DNA of 64,000 nucleotides, taken from contig DATGIB010000001.1 of assembly GCA_035307485.1 (NCBI GenBank), positions 161,165-225,164 on the forward strand, given 5' to 3'. Source of the stretch: Candidatus Sulfotelmatobacter sp. Lineage in GTDB: Bacteria > Acidobacteriota > Terriglobia > Terriglobales > Acidobacteriaceae. Every line of letters starts with the position of its first letter. Within the stretch, counting starts at the first letter, position 1. The notes beneath the pieces are model-generated. The model ran no database searches, had not been told where the DNA came from, and saw only the letters and a list, made by a program, of their open reading frames with translations. Below are positions 57,223-64,000 of this stretch, one piece after another. The position numbers were made by a program, and so were the translations under genes.

Positions 57223-57930
57223 ATGGCTGACCCGAAAGATTTCATCGCTGGCGTCGATTCGAATGCGAAGAAGTCTCCCCGGCGCATCGTCTTTATCACG
57301 CGCCGCACGTCGGCCCATGTCAAAGCCGCCACGGAAGAGCAAATTCAGACGTTTCCCGAAGTGCTGTTCCGCGCTGCTGTCGCCGTTATGACTCTGGCGA
57401 TCGTACTCGTCTGGATCGCGCTTCTATTCAACGCGCCACTCGAAGGACTTGCGGATCCATCACACACTCCGAATCCCGCTAAGGCCCCGTGGTACTTCCT
57501 CGGATTGCAGGAGATGTTGCACTACTTCCCGCCGGTCGTGGCGGGTGTTCTCGTCCCGGGATTGGTAGTAATGGCGCTGATCGTCATTCCGTACTTCAAG
57601 GTGAATATCGAGGCTGAGGGACTGTTTCTGAGAGATCGCAAGCGGCGGCTGCGGATCTTCTACCTCTTCGCGAGCGGACTCTCGCTTTTCCTGTTGATCT
57701 TCAGGGTTTACGCGGCGCTGGGCCCAACCTTGATCATGGCTGGCCTCATGCTGTTTGCAGCGCAGAGTTCGCCACAGTCGACCTCGAGACCCCAGCGCTA
57801 CCTCGCAGCACGGCCTCTCTCTTACTGGGTGATGACCTGGTTCTTATTCGAGCTGGTGGTGCTCACCGCCATTGGCACTTTCTTCCGCGGACCGGGCTGG
57901 TCTTGGGTCTGGCCGTGGCAGGGTTCATAA
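57223..57930 (+). CDS. cytochrome b C-terminal / subunit-IV-like membrane subunit
   Basis: PNPAKAPWYFLGLQEMLHYFP (the PEWYFL-type motif of cyt b C-terminal / PetD) followed by TM helices. Starts 2 nt after the previous stop. Confidence 0.8.
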   Translation: MADPKDFIAGVDSNAKKSPRRIVFITRRTSAHVKAATEEQIQTFPEVLFRAAVAVMTLAIVLVWIALLFNAPLEGLADPSHTPNPAKAPWYFLGLQEMLHYFPPVVAGVLVPGLVVMALIVIPYFKVNIEAEGLFLRDRKRRLRIFYLFASGLSLFLLIFRVYAALGPTLIMAGLMLFAAQSSPQSTSRPQRYLAARPLSYWVMTWFLFELVVLTAIGTFFRGPGWSWVWPWQGS

Positions 57931-57946
57931 CGAGGATGCGGCGATC

Positions 57947-60034
57947 ATGAAAGAAAAACTTGCGTCGCTCTGGCAGAAGTTATTCGGAGACAGCGTTCGG
58001 GCCTTCGGCGTGGTCAGCGTGATTTTCTTGGTATCGACGGCCATTGCACCGGCCAAGAACTTCTTCAGCGAGTGGCGCGATTATCAGCGCGGTTACTTGA
58101 AAACGATTCGCAACCGCAGCGACGCCAACACCCTGCAGCGGCATTTTAGCGGCGGTATCCAGCAAGTCTGGCTGCCGGAACTCGGCGTGGTTGACCGCTG
58201 CACCAGCTGCCACGTGGGACTCAAAGAAGCCAGCCTGAGCGATATCCCCACGCAGCCGTATCGCAAGCACCCGGCAATTCCACACAATCTCGATCAATTT
58301 GGCTGCACCACGTGCCATCGTGGCCAAGGTGCAGCGACTACGGTCTCCGACGCGCATAGCAGTACGCTCGCCTGGGAGCAGCCGCTCCTACCCGCCAGGT
58401 ACATCGAGTCTTCCTGCGGGCAATGTCATCGCGGACAACTCCCCGGAACCCCTCAGCTCAATGAAGGACGGGCATTGCTGGCGCGGGAAGGCTGCCTGCA
58501 CTGCCATACGGTGAAGTTGCCCGATGGCAGCACGCTGAAGGCAACTGACGATCCTCCGTCCCTGTCGCACATCGCCGACAAAACGTCGCGCGAGTGGATC
58601 TTTGCCTGGCTCAAAGACCCGCAGGCCTACGCGTCGACCTCAACAATGCCGAATTTCAAGTTGAGCGACGATGATGCGCGCGACGTCTCCGCATTCCTGA
58701 TCGCCAATAGCACACCTCTTGCGGGAGACACAGCAACGGTTTCCGCCAAGTCGTCATCCGATCCCGCGGCTGGAGCGAGTTTGTATGGGGAGTCGTTCTG
58801 CGCCTCGTGTCACGCGGTTCAAAACGCTGCGGGCAACATGGTAGGCGGCGACGTGGGACCGGAGTTGACCCGTGTCGGAACCAAAGTAAAGCCAGAGTGG
58901 CTGCAGGCTTGGTTGCGGAATCCGCGAGTCTACCATCCGGAAACCGGCATGCCGCACTACCGGTTTAACGATGCTCAAATAGCAACGCTTGCGGGATTTC
59001 TTCAGAGCAAAGCCGACTCTGATTTTCTCGCCAGCGTTCACCTCGATGCGGCAACTCCTGAGCAGATCGCGCACGGCAAGCGTCTCGTCTCTGATTTTGG
59101 CTGCGCATCCTGCCATGAGATCGCAGGGATCAAGAAGCCCGAGAACTTCGCTCCCGAGCTAAGCCGCATCGGCAGCAAACCTGTCACGCAACTCATCTTC
59201 CTGCCCGGCATGCCGCAGACCTTGCCCGATTACATCGCGGGGAAGATCAAGAATCCGCGCGCATTCTCTCCGGGCCTGAAGATGCCGCAATACACCTTTG
59301 CGTCGCAGCAGATCGATGCACTCACCACTGCTTTACTATCACTGAATGAGCGTTCGTATTCGCTGCCACTATCCCTGCAAGTCCCGGGCAGGGTAGAAAC
59401 GGATTATCAGCCCGCCGGAAAAGCGGGAAAACTGATGACAGATCTGGCCTGTTTCAGTTGCCATCGCATCAACGGGCACGGCGGAGACATGGCGCCGGAC
59501 CTCACGTCGGAAGGCAGCTCAGTTCAGCGCGAATGGTTGGTGCAGTTTTTCAAAAACCCTGGGACGCTCCGTCCGGCTCTCATCCGTCGTATGCCTCGGT
59601 TCAATTTCACTGACAGCGAAGCCAACGAACTCACCGATTACATTATGACGGTTTATCAGAGCCCAAAAGTCGACCGCGACTCGATGCCGCTCGGAGGGTA
59701 CCCACAAGGACAGATCGAGCTCGGCAAACAGCTCTTCTACGGAAAATATTCGTGTCAGGGCTGCCATATCGTAGATACGAAAACCGACAAAGGCTACATC
59801 GGGCCGACATTGACACATGTCGGATCCCGGCTGACAGCAGCATGGATTTATCAGTGGATGAAGAATCCGCAATCCTTGCGTTCTGGAACCGCCGAGCCAA
59901 ATCGGTCCATGAGCGACGAAGATGCAGGTGCGCTCACCGCGTTTCTGATGTCGCAAAAAGGGGGAGAGAAATTCTCCGGCGGAGCAAAGGCCGCAAAAAC
60001 GGGCTTGCATATTCAGGAGGTCGCAAAACGATGA
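57947..60034 (+). CDS. membrane-anchored octahaem c-type cytochrome (3 closely spaced haems + 5 class-I-like cytochrome c modules)
   Basis: N-terminal TM helix (AFGVVSVIFLVSTAIAPA). Eight CxxCH motifs: CTSCH, CTTCH, CGQCH, CLHCH, CASCH, CASCH, CFSCH, CQGCH. The last five are each followed by GP.L...G...W...WL.NP...MP.F-type segments. Confidence 0.85.
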   Translation: MKEKLASLWQKLFGDSVRAFGVVSVIFLVSTAIAPAKNFFSEWRDYQRGYLKTIRNRSDANTLQRHFSGGIQQVWLPELGVVDRCTSCHVGLKEASLSDIPTQPYRKHPAIPHNLDQFGCTTCHRGQGAATTVSDAHSSTLAWEQPLLPARYIESSCGQCHRGQLPGTPQLNEGRALLAREGCLHCHTVKLPDGSTLKATDDPPSLSHIADKTSREWIFAWLKDPQAYASTSTMPNFKLSDDDARDVSAFLIANSTPLAGDTATVSAKSSSDPAAGASLYGESFCASCHAVQNAAGNMVGGDVGPELTRVGTKVKPEWLQAWLRNPRVYHPETGMPHYRFNDAQIATLAGFLQSKADSDFLASVHLDAATPEQIAHGKRLVSDFGCASCHEIAGIKKPENFAPELSRIGSKPVTQLIFLPGMPQTLPDYIAGKIKNPRAFSPGLKMPQYTFASQQIDALTTALLSLNERSYSLPLSLQVPGRVETDYQPAGKAGKLMTDLACFSCHRINGHGGDMAPDLTSEGSSVQREWLVQFFKNPGTLRPALIRRMPRFNFTDSEANELTDYIMTVYQSPKVDRDSMPLGGYPQGQIELGKQLFYGKYSCQGCHIVDTKTDKGYIGPTLTHVGSRLTAAWIYQWMKNPQSLRSGTAEPNRSMSDEDAGALTAFLMSQKGGEKFSGGAKAAKTGLHIQEVAKR

Positions 60035-60765
60035 GATTCTATATCGCCCTCCCTCTGGGATTTGTTCTGCTCGGAATTTCATGCTCACGCAAGGCGGCAC
60101 CGACACCTACCCTCAAACCGACGGGTGTGGGCGCAGCGATTGTGGAATCGAGCGGCGGAAAACAGCTCGCTCAAACCGGAGCTCCTCTCCTGCAGCCAGT
60201 GGTCGTACAGGTCAACGACGAGCGGGGAAGCGCAGTGGAACGCGCACTGGTTGAGTTCTCTGCGGCGCCGGGGGTGATTCTTGACCCGCCGAGTGCACTT
60301 ACTGACTCTAGCGGCCAGGCAACGACCAATGTTTCTCTCGGTGGAATGGCGGGACGGTATCAGATCACGGCGTCGACCTTCGACAAATCCCGCAAGAAGG
60401 TTGAACTCAAGCTGGAGGAAATCGCTCTCGGATATCAGCAAACGCTCGGCCGTCATCTGAACGATCAATACTGCGACCGCTGCCACAATTCCGAATCTAC
60501 AGCCCAACGTGTCTCGAACTATGACAACCTGGAAGTGAAGCCGCATCCGTTCAGTGAAGGCGAGACTCTGAATAAGATGACCGACGCCGATTTGACAGCC
60601 ATCATCACCAATGGCGGCCCTGCTCTGCAGAAATCCGCATTGATGCCAGCTTGGGGAAACACGCTCGGCAAGTCAGACATTCAGGCTTTGATCGCGTACA
60701 TCCGCGCTGTTTCCGATCCTGCCCCCAGAGATGCGGGGCCGCTTTATTCGCCGACGCCTCATTAG
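60031..60765 (+). CDS. lipoprotein with bacterial Ig-like (Big_1-type) domain and C-terminal monohaem cytochrome c
   Basis: Lipobox LLGISC. Big-like segment (PVVVQVNDERGSAVERALVEFSA...DSSGQATTNVSLG). CDRCH haem site and a distal Met in LMPAWG. ATGA overlap with the octahaem gene. Confidence 0.7.
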   Translation: MRFYIALPLGFVLLGISCSRKAAPTPTLKPTGVGAAIVESSGGKQLAQTGAPLLQPVVVQVNDERGSAVERALVEFSAAPGVILDPPSALTDSSGQATTNVSLGGMAGRYQITASTFDKSRKKVELKLEEIALGYQQTLGRHLNDQYCDRCHNSESTAQRVSNYDNLEVKPHPFSEGETLNKMTDADLTAIITNGGPALQKSALMPAWGNTLGKSDIQALIAYIRAVSDPAPRDAGPLYSPTPH

Positions 60766-60968
60766 ACGATTCGACGTTGCTCACTCGAACCACCAGTTAC
60801 GCATACAAGAGATCACTGTCCCGGAAAAGCGTTCGTTGGTGCTTTTCAAGTGATGAGTGAGCCGTGATCCATTTGTGATCCGTCAGCACTGCTTACCACG
60901 TCCACTGCTTTCACGGTGCCCGCCGTGCGACGCTATGTTGTTGAAACTACGTGTACCCCAAAATTCGC

Positions 60969-60983
60969 CCTATAGCGCCCACC
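60969..60983 (+). repeat. direct repeat of the tRNA-Val 3' end (attR-like / tRNA 3' fragment)
   Basis: CCTATAGCGCCCACC is identical to 47973-47987. Confidence 0.6.
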
Positions 60984-61864
60984 GTCTTTTCAACAGCTTA
61001 GCTTTACTGGGCTCGGCTTCGCGTGATTGCAATCACCGTTTACTGATGCGCCACTGGGCAGGGCCCGCGGAATATGCCAGAATTTTGTGTATGACACCGT
61101 CCAGCCTCCCCATCCCCCACGAGCAACGCAAGATCGAGCAACTGCTCCTTCAGTTGGCTAAGAAGCAGCCTATTTCCGCAAAACCCGCACCGATTGCGTT
61201 GGGAAAATCCGCAACCGGGACAGAACATCCTCGCGTTTTCTTCTCGACATAGAAGTCACGGCTCGCGCCCCGCGATTCACTTCCCTATTTGCTACAAGTT
61301 TTGTCGCGACTGAGTCCGGCGCCTCGCACGTGGTCGGGATGGACTAATCGGTTGCCCATTCTCTTGGCCAATCGTAGTGTGATCGCGCGGCGCTTTGGCC
61401 AGAAATTTCCTCACGCACTGATAGCCGGTCCAATATCTTCCGTTCGGCGAAGTACCTTGCGCCAACTGCGCGATGAGTTGAGGGCTCTTGAAGTCTTCGA
61501 TCCGATTCACGATTTAGCCAGCCCCGCAAAATCAGGCAGATGACATCTACCCGGCAGTCGTGGGAGCCTGAACATTTGAGGACCAGGCAATCAGGTCCGC
61601 ATCTGGCCTTACCACAGTTGGGTCGCAGGTCGCACCCCAGGCTCAGTTTCCTCCGATGCGAAGCTAGACCGTTTCACGTATTCCATAGCTGGTGCAGAGC
61701 GTTTACGCTCAGTTTCTGGCGGTTCTTTTTACCGTGGAGCCTCGGAGACCTCGTCCGTTCTGGAGTGACTGCACACGGCGGCCCTTGCCGGGCCTTTGCA
61801 GTTTGACCGGCCTTGGAAGCCGTCCCTGGTGTCCGAGGCCACCACGTAGCAATGGGGGATTGCG

Positions 61865-62017
61865 ATGATTCGGAAATTGAAGTCCGGGCAATATCGGCTA
61901 TATTCACGCAAGAAAGATCCGAAGACGGGCAGAAGACGGAATTTGGGCACATTTCGCACTCGAAAGTCCGCCGAGTCACACGAGCGAGCGGTGCAATATT
62001 TCAAGCGTCACGCCTAA
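61865..62017 (+). CDS. small (50 aa) highly basic hypothetical protein, below the ORF-track threshold
   Basis: MIRKLKSGQYRLYSRKKDPKTGRRRNLGTFRTRKSAESHERAVQYFKRHA*. GGGGGA lies 7 nt upstream of the ATG and a T-run follows the stop. From memory it resembles a conserved KLKSG.YRLYSRK...RRNLGTF small-protein family (unverified). Confidence 0.4.
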   Translation: MIRKLKSGQYRLYSRKKDPKTGRRRNLGTFRTRKSAESHERAVQYFKRHA

Positions 62018-62156
62018 TTTTTTCTCCTGGAAAGCTCCGATCGTGCGAGCCATGCGTCCATTGACGCGAGGTTCTTAACAACACTGATGGCGGATTAGCG
62101 GCCTACTGACCTCACAGTATTGTTTCGCCGTTGTCCGTTCAACTATTTTTGGCGCA

Positions 62157-63062
62157 GTGGACGTTGGCGGAATCAAGCGGGCTGTTGCGCGCACTTACAG
62201 CGATATAATTCGGCATCACACTCTCCAAACGTCAGCAGCACTGGCGTATTACCTCGTCCTCTCGATCTTTCCCGGGCTCATTCTTCTGTCAGCGATATTA
62301 GGCCTATTCCCGTTCCCAAATTCATTCGCTCAGGTGCTGTTTTACATGGGGCGCATTCTTCCCCCGGACGCAGTAGGAGTGGTGTATTCGGTTCTGGGAG
62401 ATGTGCTCAAGTCACATCACGGAACATGGTTGTCGGTAGGAATGCTGGGAACGATCTGGGTCACATCTACGGCATTTGACGCGATGATTGAGGCTCTGAA
62501 CATCGCTTACGATGCGACCGACGATCGCCCGTTTTGGAAGAGCCGGGTTCTCGCAATCGCCCTAGCCATCTGCATGGGAGGATTACTCTTTGCTGCACTG
62601 GCCGTGATGATGGTAGGTCCGCGTTTTGGAGCCTGGCTGGCCATTCATCTAAAGGTATCGATGGGCTTTGCCGCAGCCTGGCCGATTCTGCATTGGACTC
62701 TTGGTATCGGGCTCACCATACTGGCGGTCGAAATCATCTATTTTTTCGCTCCCCGCGTAAAACAGCGGTTTCTCGCAACGCTTCCGGGTGCAATTCTTTT
62801 TGTCGCAGTTTGGGTTGGCCTTTCATTTCTGCTGGGAGTGTACTTTCGCCATTTCGCGTCCTACAGCCGAACCTATGGCGCCCTCGGAGGCATGATCGCC
62901 TTCATGACATGGCTCTACTGGACGTCATTCGTTTTGCTATTGGGAGCGGAACTCAATTCCGAACTGGCTAAGTCAAGCGCGAAGGGCAGCCTGCTGCCAA
63001 AAGAGGATTTCGGCCCGGATCGCGATTCGACCGAGTCCTCCGACAAAGACCGCGCCGCCTGA
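62157..63062 (+). CDS. YihY/BrkB-family (ribonuclease BN-like) membrane protein
   Basis: HHTLQTSAALAYYLVLSIFPGLILL, WVTSTAFDAMIEALNIAYD and YGALGGMIAFMTWLYWTSFVLLLGAELN are typical YihY motifs. Confidence 0.85.
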   Translation: MDVGGIKRAVARTYSDIIRHHTLQTSAALAYYLVLSIFPGLILLSAILGLFPFPNSFAQVLFYMGRILPPDAVGVVYSVLGDVLKSHHGTWLSVGMLGTIWVTSTAFDAMIEALNIAYDATDDRPFWKSRVLAIALAICMGGLLFAALAVMMVGPRFGAWLAIHLKVSMGFAAAWPILHWTLGIGLTILAVEIIYFFAPRVKQRFLATLPGAILFVAVWVGLSFLLGVYFRHFASYSRTYGALGGMIAFMTWLYWTSFVLLLGAELNSELAKSSAKGSLLPKEDFGPDRDSTESSDKDRAA

Positions 63063-63074
63063 GGGGTACGACAT

Positions 63075-64000
63075 TCAAAATCGCGTGTGATACCGCCCGT
63101 CGACGGAGATACCGCCGAGCTGGTCGCGAGCCATGCTCACGGACCACCGCTTGTTGAACTGGTACTCCCCCTGCACAATCTCGCTTCCAGGTTGAGATAC
63201 ATCCGTCGAGAAAGAAAAGAGCAAACTTTTCGTGACTCTTTGCTGGATTGCCACTCGCGCGGATGGGTTCTGATTGTTGCCGCCAATCATGGGGTCGATC
63301 TGCAGGCTCGAAATTCCGGCGAGCTTTTGCACGCTTCCGCTGACCTGACTGAGCGCCTGAGAGGCGATCATGGAATCGGTGCTCTGGCTGGCAGCATTGG
63401 ATTCTTGGGTGGTTTTGCCACGAGCGATCAGGTTGATGATATCCGCCGTCGCTAGCGGCGGGTCGGAAACGTACGACGTAGTAAGTTTGTCCAATGGCCC
63501 GCGAACCCCGAGCGTGAGGTTGTACTGATTCACAATCGTGGTTACTGAAACGTTCAAAACAGGGTGAGTTTCGTTTGGATTGTCGAAGGTGATGACACCC
63601 CTTTCCAGTTGATAGCGGACATTCCGATAGAACAGTTCGCCGGAGGTGAGATTCGTTCGTCCCGTAATGACAGGGTCCGCGGCGGTACCTCCCACTTGCA
63701 ACGCCGCCTGGCCCGCAATGCTGATCTGAGAACTGTTGGCACTGAGGCTTTCTCTAGTCTGCACAGCAATCCCAAGCTTTACCGTATCAGCGAATCCGGG
63801 CTGGGATGGGGTCGCGGTTCCATTTGTAAATTGATCGGAGAACTTTGCCAGATCGAAATCAGGAGTAAACGACAGGCTGGCGATCGTAATTCGCCCTCCA
63901 ATTTTCGAACTTTGAGCGTCTCCTGTAAAGGTAAGATCCGTGTCGAGCGATGAGCGCAATCCCTCGGGATACCGCAAGCGAATTCCCTTCCCTTGCAGCG
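63075..64000 (-). CDS. tamB: translocation and assembly module protein TamB (DUF490 C-terminal domain), 5' end outside window
   Basis: C-terminal ...LQIDPMIGGNNQNPSARVAIQQRVTKSLLFSFSTDVSQPGSEIVQGEYQFNKRWSVSMARDQLGGISVDGRYHTRF is the DUF490/TamB tail. The reading frame stays open to the window edge. Confidence 0.8.
   Translation of the reverse strand, partial: LQGKGIRLRYPEGLRSSLDTDLTFTGDAQSSKIGGRITIASLSFTPDFDLAKFSDQFTNGTATPSQPGFADTVKLGIAVQTRESLSANSSQISIAGQAALQVGGTAADPVITGRTNLTSGELFYRNVRYQLERGVITFDNPNETHPVLNVSVTTIVNQYNLTLGVRGPLDKLTTSYVSDPPLATADIINLIARGKTTQESNAASQSTDSMIASQALSQVSGSVQKLAGISSLQIDPMIGGNNQNPSARVAIQQRVTKSLLFSFSTDVSQPGSEIVQGEYQFNKRWSVSMARDQLGGISVDGRYHTRF

Larger units (their letters stand above)
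47973..60983 (+). mobile_element. putative tRNA-Val-associated genomic island (integrase-less) delimited by a 15-nt direct repeat of the tRNA 3' end
   Basis: CCTATAGCGCCCACC occurs at 47973-47987 (inside the tRNA) and at 60969-60983. Similarity continues imperfectly for ~18 nt after the repeat (TCTTCTCGATACCTTACG vs TCTTTTCAACAGCTTAGC, 12/18). TTCG precedes both copies. Confidence 0.5.

Noticed and set aside
60857-61252. 131-aa ORF spanning the tRNA-fragment repeat
   Set aside because: It is Ser/Pro/Leu/Arg-rich with no motif, and it reads straight through the tRNA-derived sequence. It is more likely non-coding junction DNA.
61813-62064. 83-aa track ORF overlapping the small basic ORF
   Set aside because: No motif and an implausible composition. 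The alternative 50-aa frame has a better ribosome-binding site and a coherent basic-protein character. Neither frame is verified.

Overview
High-GC bacterial chromosomal window. Spot counts give about 60-63% GC in core genes. Gene content suggests an Acidobacteriota-like soil bacterium, but this is inference because no search was possible.

The first ~41 kb is ordinary core and accessory metabolism and signalling:
- Metabolism and repair: MsrA (partial), Hbd, P5C dehydrogenase, aldo/keto reductase, Tag glycosylase, PEP carboxylase, TrxB and proline dehydrogenase.
- Envelope and transport: HtrA, an S8 peptidase, LemA/DUF2207, a VWA protein and a MATE transporter.
- Regulation: an HD-GYP phosphodiesterase, a PhoB-like/PhoU pair, a HAMP-PP2C phosphatase, and an ECF sigma/anti-sigma/DUF3106 operon.

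Four things stand out:
1. A gene at 18352-19083 (-) is split in two by the ORF track. It is one reading frame with a single in-frame TGA exactly at the selenocysteine position of the iodothyronine-deiodinase family motif (FGSYT-U-PPF).
2. A lower-GC mosaic of orphan genes lies at ~41.3-47.8 kb. It is bracketed by a truncated XerD-like 5' fragment and a decayed integrase 3' fragment, and it ends next to tRNA-Val(CAC). It carries a minimal GGDEF-like cyclase (KGDEF), a pseudo-receiver fused to ECF-sigma-like regions, and several unknowns.
3. Fifteen nt of the tRNA-Val 3' end are repeated at 60969-60983. The repeat brackets ~13 kb.
4. That 13 kb contains a tight 9-kb operon (51799-60765). Its products run in order: a Cyc2-like fused haem-porin, an amicyanin-type cupredoxin, a GltD-like NAD(P)H flavo-FeS oxidoreductase, Rieske plus split cytochrome b, an octahaem cytochrome c, and a lipoprotein cytochrome c. 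Together they would span outer membrane to cytoplasm as an electron conduit. This is my best candidate for an undescribed system.

All start codons were chosen by eye. All functional calls rest on motif recognition, not database hits.
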